DNA of 64,000 bases from Candidatus Limnocylindria bacterium (GCA_046566045.1 JBKHXL010000039.1:10953-74952); one strand, 5' to 3'. Shown: positions 1-9,460, counted from the first letter of the stretch. The notes: a model not told the origin generated them from the sequence alone. Translations and numbers: made by a program.

Positions 1-1158
1 TTCGTGATCAATGCCCTGAGCTTCCTCGCGCCGGTCCTCATCCTGTGGACGCTGCCCCCCAACGACCCCCGGAAGGCCGGCGCGGCTGCGACCACGGACG
101 ACCATCCCGGCGCCGACGGCGCGACGGCCACGCCGTCGTCGGCGCCGACGATCACGGCCCGCTCGATCCTGCGACCGTTCGGCGGCCGGGCGGTGCTCGA
201 GGTCGTGAGCGGGTTCCTGTGGGGCGGCCTGAGCGTCGCCCTGGTCATCTTCGCGGTCGATCAGCTCGGCGCCAGCGAGGACGCCACGGGCTACCTCTGG
301 GCGGCGATCGGAGCCGGCGGGGTCCTCGGTGCGGTGGCGTCGAGCTCGATCGTGCTGCGGCCCGACCTCGGGCCCGTGCTGATGCTCGGGACGGTCATCC
401 TCGCGGTCGGGTTCATCGTCCTTGGCGCGGTGGACACGCTCGCCGCGGCGCTGTTCGCGTGCGCGTTCCTGGCCGCCGGCGCGCTGCTCTCGCAGGTCGT
501 CGGCGAAACGGTCCTCCAGCGCGTGGTGCCGGACGCGATCCGCGGTCGCGCCATCGGTACGATGCAGACGCTTGGCACGACGACCTACGCCGCGGGCTCG
601 TTCGCGGTCCCGATCCTGATGACTACCGTCGGCGCCCAGCCGATCCTGACCATCGGCGGAATCGCGATCCTGCTGGCCGGGGTCGTCACGTACGTCCTCG
701 TCGGGTCGCACTTCCAGCGGCCGGAAAGGCTCGAGGCAACGGCCGAGGTCCTCGGGCGCGTGTCGCGCCTGCCGCTGTTCGCCGGCGTCTCGCCGGCCGC
801 CCTCGAGGTGGCGACGAGCCGGCTCGTGCCGGTCGAGGTGTCCGCGGGCACGAGCGTCGTCCGCGAGGGCGACCCGGCCGATCGCTTCTACATCATCGAA
901 TCCGGCGAGTTCGTGGTCGACCAGCGCGACCCGACGACGGGCGAGGATCATCGGCTCCGGACGCTCGGACCGGACGATGTCTTCGGCGAACTCGGGCTGA
1001 TGCACCGGGCACCGCGCAGCGCCACCGTGACCGCCACGTCCGCCGGGCGCCTCCTGGCGCTCGACGGACCGGACTTCCTGCGCCTGCTCGATGCCGAGCC
1101 CGAGGTCTCCGGGCGGATGCTCGATCGCTATCGAGGGGCAGCGGCCCCGCGCGGCTGA
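1..1158 (+). CDS. MFS transporter fused to C-terminal cyclic-nucleotide-binding domain (5' truncated by window edge)
   Basis: Frame open from position 1. Multiple TM segments with MFS motif LQRVVPDAIRGR, then cNMP motifs VVREGDPADRFYIIESG and FGELGLMHRAPRSATV. Confidence 0.85.
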   Translation, partial: FVINALSFLAPVLILWTLPPNDPRKAGAAATTDDHPGADGATATPSSAPTITARSILRPFGGRAVLEVVSGFLWGGLSVALVIFAVDQLGASEDATGYLWAAIGAGGVLGAVASSSIVLRPDLGPVLMLGTVILAVGFIVLGAVDTLAAALFACAFLAAGALLSQVVGETVLQRVVPDAIRGRAIGTMQTLGTTTYAAGSFAVPILMTTVGAQPILTIGGIAILLAGVVTYVLVGSHFQRPERLEATAEVLGRVSRLPLFAGVSPAALEVATSRLVPVEVSAGTSVVREGDPADRFYIIESGEFVVDQRDPTTGEDHRLRTLGPDDVFGELGLMHRAPRSATVTATSAGRLLALDGPDFLRLLDAEPEVSGRMLDRYRGAAAPRG

Positions 1159-1180
1159 GGGCCCACGAGGTCGGGCTGTG

Positions 1181-1376
1181 GCGTGCGTGCCACCCGGGGC
1201 CGGAGGGGCCGGCGGGCGTGCGTGCCACCCGGGGCCGGAGGGGCCGGCGGGCGTGCGGGCCACCCGGGAGACCAGGGGGCGTGCCACCCGGGGAGACCTG
1301 GGGGGCCGGGCGGGCGTGCGTGCCACCCGGGGACCGGAGGGGCCGGTCGTGCCACCCGGGGCCGGAGGAGCCGGTC
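1181..1376. repeat. Degenerate GC-rich tandem repeat, core GTGCCACCCGGGG
   Basis: Core at 1187, 1222, 1257 (variant), 1281, 1320, 1349; spacing 35, 35, 24, 39, 29 bp. Confidence 0.9.
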
Positions 1377-1514
1377 GTGCTTCAGAGACTGCAGGAACGA
1401 GTCGAAGCGGGTCCTGCGCGCTCCTACGACGCCCGCGCGTGCCCAGGATGCACGATGACGCATCGAGGGCCGGATCGCCGGGTCCTGGGCCGATATCTGC
1501 AGCCTCTGAAGCAC
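1377..1514. repeat. 138-bp fold-back element with 18-bp terminal inverted repeats (MITE/REP-like)
   Basis: GTGCTTCAGAGACTGCAG (1377-1394) vs CTGCAGCCTCTGAAGCAC (1497-1514), 17/18 complementary. Inner IR GCCCAGGA (1441-1448)/TCCTGGGC (1483-1490). Confidence 0.75.
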
Positions 1515-1593
1515 AGGTAGCGCCACGCCACGGCGTCCGGGATGATCGGCCCTGGCGTACGGTGCCGACGACGGCCGACGCGCGAGGGACGAG

Positions 1594-2019
1594 ATGCACG
1601 GACAGTCGAACGCTCCCGATCCAGACGCCTACATCGCCGAGCTGGACGACGCGCGGGGTCCCCAGATCGCCGCCATCGACGCGCAGATCCGGAGGGCGGC
1701 GCCGGGCCTCGACCGGCGCATGCAGAGCGGGATGATCGCCTACGGCCACTACTCGTACGGCTACGCGACCGGCCGGACCGGGGAGTGGTTCCTCATCGGG
1801 CTCGCCAGCAACAAGCAGTCCATCTCGCTGTACGTCGGGCCGCTCGCGCTCGAGCCCTACGCCGAGCGCCTGCCGAAGGCGAACCTCGGGCGCGGCTGCA
1901 TCCGGGTCAAGCGCGCCGAGGATCTCGATCCGACCGTCCTCGCGGAGATCGTCACCACCGCGGCCCGCGACGACGGCGCCCACATCGAGACCGATCGGGA
2001 CGGCAACCGCATCGCCTGA
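1594..2019 (+). CDS. DUF1801 (YdhG-like) family protein
   Basis: DPDAYIAEL...MIAYGHYSY...IGLASNKQSISLY...LGRGCIRVK pattern typical of DUF1801; GAGGGA upstream. Confidence 0.75.
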   Translation: MHGQSNAPDPDAYIAELDDARGPQIAAIDAQIRRAAPGLDRRMQSGMIAYGHYSYGYATGRTGEWFLIGLASNKQSISLYVGPLALEPYAERLPKANLGRGCIRVKRAEDLDPTVLAEIVTTAARDDGAHIETDRDGNRIA

Positions 2020-2061
2020 CGTCGGGAGCGCCGGGCCGGGGGTTCCCGTAGGATGCCGGGC

Positions 2062-3030
2062 ATGACCCGCCAGTACATCCCGGACGAGATCCTTGCGGCG
2101 GCCCACGCCCGAGCGGCGGCCCGCGCGGCGCGGGACTGGGTCGAGGCCGACCGCCTGCGCGAGACGATCGAGTCCGCCGGCTGGAAGGTCGTCGACCGGG
2201 GGACGGACTTCGCGCTCAGTCCGGCCGCAGCGCCGGACGTCGCCGACCAGGGGCGCACCCGCCATGGGTCCACGGCCAGCGTCCCGTCCCGTCTCGACGA
2301 GCCGGCGACCGGCCTCGCGACGGTGGTCCTCGTCGCCACCGACTGGCCGGACGACCTGCGCCGAGCCGTGGACGGTCTGCGCCGCCACGCGCCCGCCGGC
2401 ACGAGCATCGCCGTGGTGGCCGACGCGCCGTCCGAGGAGCAGGCACGCGAGCTCGAGGCCCTGGAGGCCGACGCCGCGGACGCCGTTCCCGTCGAGATCA
2501 CCTGGACGAGCGAGCGCCTCGGCCACGCCGCGGCCGTGAACATCGGCATCCGGCGATCGACCGGACCGGTGCTGGTCCTGCTCGACACGAGCCTGGAGCC
2601 GACCGGGGACATCGTCACGCCCCTGGCCCACGCCCTTGACGATCCGACCATCGCCGTGGCCGGCGGGTGGGGCATCACGTCGAGCGACCTGCGCCGGTTC
2701 GAGGACGCCGCCGCGGGCGACGTCGACGCGATCGAGGGGTACTGCCAGGCCTTCCGGCGTGCCGACGCGGTGGCCCGTGGCCCGCTGGACGAGCGCTTCC
2801 GCTTCTACCGCAACCTGGACATCTGGTGGAGCCTGGTCCTGCGCGACGAGGGCGAGGACCAGCCACCGCGCCGGGCCGTCCGACTCGAGGCGCTGCCGAT
2901 CGTCCGCCACGACCACCGTGGCTGGTCGAGCCTCCCGGACGAGGAGCGCGACCGGCAGTCGAAGCGGAACTTCTACCGGATCATCGACCGCTTCGGAACG
3001 CGCCGGGACCTGCTCGTCAGCGCCGGCTGA
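2062..3030 (+). CDS. GT2-type glycosyltransferase with N-terminal CysRS-like anticodon-binding domain
   Basis: GT-A fold motifs ATVVLVA, LGHAAAVNIG, VLVLLDTS, GYCQAFRR, LDERFRFYRNLDIWWS. First ~55 aa align without gaps to the C-terminus of neighbouring CysS. Start placed at ATG 2062 (7 nt after TAGGAT); 2053 is possible. Confidence 0.75.
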   Translation: MTRQYIPDEILAAAHARAAARAARDWVEADRLRETIESAGWKVVDRGTDFALSPAAAPDVADQGRTRHGSTASVPSRLDEPATGLATVVLVATDWPDDLRRAVDGLRRHAPAGTSIAVVADAPSEEQARELEALEADAADAVPVEITWTSERLGHAAAVNIGIRRSTGPVLVLLDTSLEPTGDIVTPLAHALDDPTIAVAGGWGITSSDLRRFEDAAAGDVDAIEGYCQAFRRADAVARGPLDERFRFYRNLDIWWSLVLRDEGEDQPPRRAVRLEALPIVRHDHRGWSSLPDEERDRQSKRNFYRIIDRFGTRRDLLVSAG

Positions 3031-4534
3031 GCCGCTGCCCGTCGGGGCCGTCGATGACGTCCCAGCCCGCAGCGTCCAGGTCGCGGCGCAGCGCGTCGGC
3101 ACGGTCGAAGTCGCGCTGCCCCCGCGCCGCGGCACGCTCGTCGGCCAGGTGCCGGACCTCCTCCGGCAGGGCCTCCTCCGCGTCGGCGGGGCCGGCCCAG
3201 GCGAGATGCAGGTCGAGGCCGAGCACCGCGTCGGCGTCGAGGACCAGCCAGCGGCGCTCGTCGGCGGGGATGTCGGCGCGCAGGATGTCGCGGACCACGG
3301 CGAGGGCGACCGGGGTGTCCAGGTCGTCGTCGAGGGCCGCCGCCACGCGGTCGTGCCACACGCGGCCGGCGGGGGACAGGGGAGCGGCGGGCGCATGGGC
3401 CCGGTCGGGACCGGCCGGGTCGGACGTGCCGATCGCAACCGGACGATCGCCCGCCGCCGGCGCCGCGATCACGCGCGGTCCGGCCCACGGGCCGTCCGTC
3501 GGTGGCGGACCGAGCGCTGCCAGGCGATGTCGCAGCGAGTCGAGGCCCGCCGCGGCGGCCGCCAGTGACGCGTCGGTGTAGTTCAGCTTGCGGCCATAGC
3601 GCGACGTCAGGGCGAGGTAGCGGAAGGCGAGCGGGTCGAGGCCGCGCTCCTCGAGCTCGGTCACGCGCTGGAAGTTGCCGGCCGACTTGGCCATCTTCCG
3701 CCCGCCCATGAGCAGGTGCTCGCCGTGGACCCAGATGCGGGCCGGCGGACCGCCGACGACCGGAGCCGACTGGGCGATCTCATCCTCGTGGTGCGGGAAG
3801 ACGTTGTCGATGCCGCCGGTGTGCAGGTCGAACCGGTCGCCGAGGTAGCGCCGGGCCATCGCCGAGCACTCGAGATGCCAGCCGGGGAAACCCTCCCCCC
3901 AGCGGTCGGTCGGCCACTTGAGCTCGCGGCCGTCGCCCGCTCGCTTCCACAGCGCGAAATCGGCGGGGTCGCGTTTGTCCGGCTCGACCTCGCCCCGATG
4001 GCCGGCCCGCAGGTCGTCCAGGCTGTTGCCGGACAGCGCGCCGTAGCCCTCGAACGCACCGACCGCGTAGTACAGGTTGCCATCGCGCGACTCGTAGGCG
4101 AACCCGGCGTCCTGCAGCTGCTCGGCGAGCCGGACCATGTCGCCGACGTGCTCGGTCGCCCGCGGGAAGACGTGGGCCGGCAGGATGTTGACCGCCGCTT
4201 CGTCCGCGTGGAAGGCCGCCTCGTACGCGTCGGCGATCTCGGCGGTCGTCCGCCCTTCCAGGCCGGCCTGCACCAGCATCCGGTCCTCGCCCCGGTCGAA
4301 CCGCTCGTCGCGCAGGTGTCCGACGTCGGTGATGTTCTTGACGTGCAGGACGGGAAGGCCGTGCCAGACCAGCGTCCGGCGGATGAGGTCGGCCAGGAGG
4401 TACGAGCGCAGGTTGCCGACGTGGGCGTAGCGGTAGACGGTCGGACCGCACGTGTACATCCGGACGGTGGCGCCGTCCATCGGCTCGACCGGTTCGATCG
4501 AGCGGGTCAGGGTGTTGCGCAGGCGGAGGGTCAC
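3017..4534 (-). CDS. cysS: Cysteine--tRNA ligase
   Basis: MYTCGPTVY, HVGN (HIGH), NITDVGH, DFALWK, GFPGWHLECSAM, FPHHEDE, KMAKS. Confidence 0.97.
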   Translation of the reverse strand: MTLRLRNTLTRSIEPVEPMDGATVRMYTCGPTVYRYAHVGNLRSYLLADLIRRTLVWHGLPVLHVKNITDVGHLRDERFDRGEDRMLVQAGLEGRTTAEIADAYEAAFHADEAAVNILPAHVFPRATEHVGDMVRLAEQLQDAGFAYESRDGNLYYAVGAFEGYGALSGNSLDDLRAGHRGEVEPDKRDPADFALWKRAGDGRELKWPTDRWGEGFPGWHLECSAMARRYLGDRFDLHTGGIDNVFPHHEDEIAQSAPVVGGPPARIWVHGEHLLMGGRKMAKSAGNFQRVTELEERGLDPLAFRYLALTSRYGRKLNYTDASLAAAAAGLDSLRHRLAALGPPPTDGPWAGPRVIAAPAAGDRPVAIGTSDPAGPDRAHAPAAPLSPAGRVWHDRVAAALDDDLDTPVALAVVRDILRADIPADERRWLVLDADAVLGLDLHLAWAGPADAEEALPEEVRHLADERAAARGQRDFDRADALRRDLDAAGWDVIDGPDGQRLSRR

Positions 4535-4694
4535 GGTCGAGGCATCCTACCCCCGGTTCGTCCGGCGGCCCGCATCGGATCGGGCGGAGCGAGACGGACG
4601 TCGCTCGCCTGACCGGCCTCGGCACGCCGGGGCCCACCTGGTGCGGCCGCGCACCGGGGCCTAACGTTCGGCGGCGCTGGTCGTTATCGCTACA

Positions 4695-4748
4695 GAGGCC
4701 TCGCGGCACAGACATCGTTCCCCCGGCGGTGTGGTTTCGCGAGGCCTC
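4695..4748. repeat. Perfect 11-bp inverted repeat in the cysS/oppA divergent spacer
   Basis: GAGGCCTCGCG (4695-4705)/CGCGAGGCCTC (4738-4748), 32-nt loop. Confidence 0.6.
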
Positions 4749-4810
4749 ATCACCTGTCCCGCCCGCCCCGTCGGCGAGGTCCACGGCGGGCCGCCCGTAT
4801 ACTCCGCGCG

Positions 4811-6376
4811 ATGCACCGCCGGATGGCCGCGCTCCTGGCCTGTCTCCTCATCGCCGTCGTGGCCGGATGCGGGCAGACTCCGGCCGCCGCCGGCGACGAT
4901 CCCGTCCGGATCCTCCATGGCGAGCCGACGACGCTCGATCCGGCCGCCGCCGGGGACGCCGGCAGCGCGGCGCTCATCGCCCAGCTGTTCGAGACCGTCA
5001 CGACCTTCGACAGCGACCGGGTCCTGCGCCCCGCCATCGCCGAGTCGTGGAGGATCGAGGACGACGGGCGCCGGATCGTCTTTCGCCTGCGCGACGGCCT
5101 GACCTTCTCCGACGGGACACCGCTGGTCGCGGCCGACGTGGTCCGCTCGTGGTTCCGCGTCATCGACCCGGCCCGTCCGTCGCCCCTCGTCTCGCTCATG
5201 AGCGACGTGGCCGGCGCGCTCGCCTATGCACGGGGGCAGGGGAGCGCCGGGGACGTCGGCCTGCGCGCCGACGACGCCGCGAACGAGGTCGTGGTCGAGA
5301 TGGTGCGGCCGAGCGCGGACTTCGTGACCGTCGTCACGAGCCCGACCTTCGCGATCGTCCCGCCGTCGATCGACAGCGACCCGAGCGCGTTCGCACCCGA
5401 CGACGGATTCGTCGCCAGCGGCGGCTACCGGCTGACCGGTTCGACCGCCACGACCCTCGAGCTGTCGGCCAACCCGGCGTACTGGGCCGGCCCGCCGGCT
5501 GTCGCGACGATCACCATCGTCACTGACCTGGGTGGCGCGAGCGCGGTCGAGGCGTTCGAGGACGGCGGCCTCGATTACGCCCCGATCGGGTCGTTCGACG
5601 CGTCCTGGATCGCGTACGACGCCGATCTCGGTCCCGCGCTGCGGAGCGTGCCGTCGCTGTCCACGAACTACTACGGCTTCGACGTCCGCGAGCCCCCGTT
5701 CGACGACGTCCTGGTCCGCCGGGCGTTCGCCTCGGCGGTGGACTGGCGGCGCATCGCCCGCCTGTCCGAGCCCGATCCGGCCGCGGTCGCGACGTCGATG
5801 GTGCCCCCGGGTATCCCGGGGCGGTCGGATGCGGACTTCCTGCCGGCCTACGACCCGGATGCCGCCCGTGCGGCCCTCGCCGACGCCGGCTACCCGGGCG
5901 GCGCGGGCTTCCCGGATGTCGTGCTGCTCACCGGGGGCACGCCGTGGGACGAGGCCATCGTGGTCGAACTGCGACGCGAGCTCGGGATCGACCTGCGCTC
6001 GGAGACGATGGACTTCGGCACGTACTTCGCGCGGCTCGACGACGACCCCCCGGCGATGTGGTCGCTGTCCTGGGTGGCCGACTATCCGGGCCGCAACGAC
6101 TTCCTGGGCGTGCTCCTCGGGACCGGCTCCTCGAACAACTACGGGGGCTGGAGCTCGGCCGAGTTCGACGCCGCGATCGAGGACGCCGCGTCGGCGGCCG
6201 ATCCGGTCACGGCCGCGGCCGCCTACGACCGGGCCGAGGCCATCGTTCGGGACGACGCGCCGGTGATCCCGGTCAGCTACGGCTCCGGCTGGGCGCTGTC
6301 GCGCGAGGGGCTCCTGGGAGCGGGTCAGAACGGCCTGGGCATGCTGCGCATGGCGGGGCTCGCATGGGCGCCCTGA
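4811..6376 (+). CDS. Peptide ABC transporter substrate-binding lipoprotein (family 5, OppA-like)
   Basis: Lipobox VAGC; EPTTLDPA, FRLRDGLTFSDGTPLVAADV, WVADYP. Confidence 0.9.
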   Translation: MHRRMAALLACLLIAVVAGCGQTPAAAGDDPVRILHGEPTTLDPAAAGDAGSAALIAQLFETVTTFDSDRVLRPAIAESWRIEDDGRRIVFRLRDGLTFSDGTPLVAADVVRSWFRVIDPARPSPLVSLMSDVAGALAYARGQGSAGDVGLRADDAANEVVVEMVRPSADFVTVVTSPTFAIVPPSIDSDPSAFAPDDGFVASGGYRLTGSTATTLELSANPAYWAGPPAVATITIVTDLGGASAVEAFEDGGLDYAPIGSFDASWIAYDADLGPALRSVPSLSTNYYGFDVREPPFDDVLVRRAFASAVDWRRIARLSEPDPAAVATSMVPPGIPGRSDADFLPAYDPDAARAALADAGYPGGAGFPDVVLLTGGTPWDEAIVVELRRELGIDLRSETMDFGTYFARLDDDPPAMWSLSWVADYPGRNDFLGVLLGTGSSNNYGGWSSAEFDAAIEDAASAADPVTAAAAYDRAEAIVRDDAPVIPVSYGSGWALSREGLLGAGQNGLGMLRMAGLAWAP

Positions 6377-7749
6377 TGGCCGCCGCGAGGGTGGCCGTGC
6401 TCGTCGCGCTCGTCCTCGCCGGCCTGATCCCGGGCGCCGTCGCCGCCGCCGACGATGTCACCTTCGGCCGACCCACGGCGACGAGCGCGTTCGAGACCGG
6501 CGTCGGGTTCGCGCAACCAGTGACCGTCACGGGCGCCATCGAGCGCGTGGAGCTCCTGTTGACCACGGCCGATGCCATCGGGCCGCACGTCCTGGAGTTG
6601 CCGGTCCCGAGCGGGGCCGGTCCGACCACCCTGCGGGCCACGCTCGATCCGGCGGTCGACGGGCACCTCCTGCCGAACACCCCGATGGCCGCGCGCTGGC
6701 GGGTCACCCTGGCGGATGGGCGAACCGTCGTCGGACCGAGCGTGGCGGTCACCTATCGGGACGATCGGTTCGACTGGCGAACGGTCGAGGGCGACGTCGT
6801 GCGCGTCCACTGGTACGAGGGCGGGACGGCCTTCGGCGAGCGGGCTCTGCGCATCGGCGAGGAGGCGGTCCGCGAGACGACCGACCTGCTCGGCGTGCGT
6901 GAGACCGAGCCCGTGGACTTCTTCATCTACGCCGACCAGCAGGCCTTCTACGACGCGCTCGGACCGGGGGCCCGCGAGAACGTCGGCGGCCAGGCCAATG
7001 CCGGGATCCGGACCCTGTTCGCGCTCATCGGGCCGGGTTCCATCGACGACCCGTGGGTATCGATCGTCGTGCCGCACGAACTCGTCCACCTCGTGTTCGA
7101 CACCGCCGCCGACAATCCGTACCACTTCCCGCCGCGCTGGCTCAACGAGGGCCTCGCGACCTACCTGTCGGAGGGCTACAGCCCGGCTTCGCGCCGCGAC
7201 GTCGAGCGGGCGGCCCGCGCCGGCGAGCTGATCCCGCTCGAGGGTCTGGGCGGCCAGTTCCCGACGACCGCGGACCGCTTCTTCCTGGCCTACGCGGAGA
7301 GCGTCTCGGCGGTCGACTACCTCATCCGGACCCACGGGGAGGACGCGCTCGTCGCGCTCATCCGCTCGTATGCCGATGGCCGGACCGACGACGAGGCGTT
7401 CCAGGCCGCCGTGGGCAGCGACCTCGCGGGGTTCGACGCCGCGTGGCTGGCGGATCTGACCGCGGAGCCGCCGGTGCGCCACGGGCCCCAGCCGGCCCCG
7501 GCCGGACCGGTCCCGGCCGAGTGGTCGGCGTCCCCGGGCGCGTCGCCACCCACCGGCCCGACCGCCGCTCCGAGCGCGGTACCGCCGACGGCCGGGCCCG
7601 TGTCGCCGGGCGGTGGGACGGACGGACCGGCGGGCATCGAGCTGGCCGTCGCGGTCGGGCTGGTGCTCGTCGCCGGGGTCGCTGCCGTGATCGTGTGGCG
7701 CCGCCGTTCGGCCGGCGCACGCTCGCCCCGGGGAGGGCCCTGGACATGA
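6376..7749 (+). CDS. Membrane-anchored gluzincin metallopeptidase (peptidase MA-like)
   Basis: Signal peptide, HELVH...PRWLNEGLA, Pro-rich linker, C-terminal TM + basic tail; ATG overlaps upstream stop (TGATG). Confidence 0.8.
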   Translation: MAAARVAVLVALVLAGLIPGAVAAADDVTFGRPTATSAFETGVGFAQPVTVTGAIERVELLLTTADAIGPHVLELPVPSGAGPTTLRATLDPAVDGHLLPNTPMAARWRVTLADGRTVVGPSVAVTYRDDRFDWRTVEGDVVRVHWYEGGTAFGERALRIGEEAVRETTDLLGVRETEPVDFFIYADQQAFYDALGPGARENVGGQANAGIRTLFALIGPGSIDDPWVSIVVPHELVHLVFDTAADNPYHFPPRWLNEGLATYLSEGYSPASRRDVERAARAGELIPLEGLGGQFPTTADRFFLAYAESVSAVDYLIRTHGEDALVALIRSYADGRTDDEAFQAAVGSDLAGFDAAWLADLTAEPPVRHGPQPAPAGPVPAEWSASPGASPPTGPTAAPSAVPPTAGPVSPGGGTDGPAGIELAVAVGLVLVAGVAAVIVWRRRSAGARSPRGGPWT

Positions 7750-8513
7750 CGTGGCTCGCGACCCGGTTGCGGACGGTCCCGTCGTGGCAGGTGACCCTGT
7801 TCGTCGCCCTGCTGACGCTGGGCTTCCTCGTCGCCGCGCAGCTCGCGACCGAGGCGCCGCGCGTCCGGTATACGACGCAGGAGCGGACACCCCTGGTCGA
7901 GACCGCCTCCGAGCTCCAGGCGCAGCAGGACCAGCTCAAGGCGGCCATCCTCGACCTGCGGGCTCGGATCGCCGCCGAGGAGGGCGCGGGGACCGGCTCG
8001 GCGGCCCTCGTCGCCGAGCTCAACGCCGCGCTGCTCTCGGCACGGACCGCCGCCGGTCTCATCCCGCTCACCGGCACGGGCCTGGTGCTCCAGCTGGAGG
8101 ATTCGCTCGAGCCGGTCGCGCCGGATGCCAACGAGGACGATTACCTCGTCGGTTCGCTCGACCTGCGCATCGTCAACGACGAGCTGTGGGCCGCCGGCGC
8201 GGAGGCCATCGCCATCAACGGCGAGCGGATCACCCCGACCACGGCGATCATCGACATCGGCCCGTCGGTCCTGGTCAACTCGGCCTACCTGGCGCCGCCC
8301 TACCAGGTCACCGCGCTCGGGCCGGCCGACCTGTACGCCCGGCTCAGCGCGTCGCCCGGCTGGACCGACTTCCTGGTGGCCCGCGCGCAGACCTACGGCA
8401 TCCGGATCCAGTTCGCCGAGCCGGAGAGCGTCGACGTCCCCGCCTTCGCCGGCACCGTCACCCTGCGCTACGCACGGCCCGAGCCATCGCCGTCCGCCGA
8501 GCCGGGGGGCTGA
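7746..8513 (+). CDS. DUF881 family protein
   Basis: N-terminal TM, coiled coil, AGLIPLTGTGLVLQLED, NDELWAAGAEAIAINGERI, PPYQVTALG; ATGA overlap. Confidence 0.85.
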   Translation: MTWLATRLRTVPSWQVTLFVALLTLGFLVAAQLATEAPRVRYTTQERTPLVETASELQAQQDQLKAAILDLRARIAAEEGAGTGSAALVAELNAALLSARTAAGLIPLTGTGLVLQLEDSLEPVAPDANEDDYLVGSLDLRIVNDELWAAGAEAIAINGERITPTTAIIDIGPSVLVNSAYLAPPYQVTALGPADLYARLSASPGWTDFLVARAQTYGIRIQFAEPESVDVPAFAGTVTLRYARPEPSPSAEPGG

Positions 8514-8515
8514 CC

Positions 8516-9190
8516 ATGCATCGCGGGCGGAACCAGGCGACCATCGCCATCGTGGCCTTCGTGCTCGGCCTGCTGGTCGTCGTGCAGCTGCGCGCCCAGG
8601 CCGGCGGTGCCGCCTTCGCGGGGCTGTCATCGCAGGAGCTGACGGTCCTCGTGGCCAACCTCAACGCTCGCAACGACACGCTCCGGCGCGAGGTGGCCAC
8701 CCTCGAGCGCGACCTGGCCAACCTGCAGGCCAACTCGGCCCGCGGCGAGGCCTCGATCGACGAGCTGCGGGCCGATCTGCGCCGGGTCCGCCTCTATGCC
8801 GGGCTCGACCCGGCGACGGGTCCCGGGGTGATCATCACCGTCCGCGGCTCGATCGACGGGAGCGGTGTGGACGAGCTGGTCAACGAGCTGCGCAACGCCG
8901 GGGCGGAGGCCCTCGCCATCGAATCCACGCGACTGGTCCCGGGGGTCGTGATCGGGGGCGGACCCGGCGCCGTGGACGTGGACGGCCAGCGCCTGGACGA
9001 GACGTTCGCGATCCACGCGATCGGGGCGCCCGACAAGCTGACCGGCACCCTGACACGGTCAGGCGGGATCATCGCGCAGCTCGCGGCGACCCAGCCGGAC
9101 GTGCTCGTCGAGGTCGTCCCGCTCGACACTGTGCGCGTCCCGGCGACGACCCGCGACCTCGTCCCGGCCAACGGCCGACCACGGCTCTGA
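8516..9190 (+). CDS. DUF881 family protein
   Basis: AGLDPATGPGVIITV, VNELRNAGAEALAI, IHAIGAP. Confidence 0.85.
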   Translation: MHRGRNQATIAIVAFVLGLLVVVQLRAQAGGAAFAGLSSQELTVLVANLNARNDTLRREVATLERDLANLQANSARGEASIDELRADLRRVRLYAGLDPATGPGVIITVRGSIDGSGVDELVNELRNAGAEALAIESTRLVPGVVIGGGPGAVDVDGQRLDETFAIHAIGAPDKLTGTLTRSGGIIAQLAATQPDVLVEVVPLDTVRVPATTRDLVPANGRPRL

Positions 9191-9202
9191 TACCCTCCCG
9201 CC

Positions 9203-9460
9203 GTGCCGGATCGACCCGTCCTCAGGCTGCTCCTTGGCGATGTCGTGCGTCTGCGGCGCGGCCACCCGTGCGGCGGCGACACGTGGCGGATCGACCGTCT
9301 GGGAGCCGACATCGGCCTGCGCTGCACGACCTGCGCCCGCCACGTCCTGCTCGAGCGGCCAGTCCTCGAACGTCGCCTCGCGGCGTTCGTCAGCCGTGGT
9401 GACGCGGCGATGACCGACGCGCTCGAGGGGGCGACCCGATCCGGCCCGGCGCCTTCGTGA
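9203..9460 (+). CDS. DUF951 family protein
   Basis: GDVVRLRRGHPCGGDTWRIDRLGADIGLRCTTC. Confidence 0.85.
   Translation: MPDRPVLRLLLGDVVRLRRGHPCGGDTWRIDRLGADIGLRCTTCARHVLLERPVLERRLAAFVSRGDAAMTDALEGATRSGPAPS

Noticed and set aside
1181-1376. Possible CRISPR array
   Set aside because: Inter-core sequences are related to each other rather than unique spacers, spacing is irregular, and no cas genes are present.
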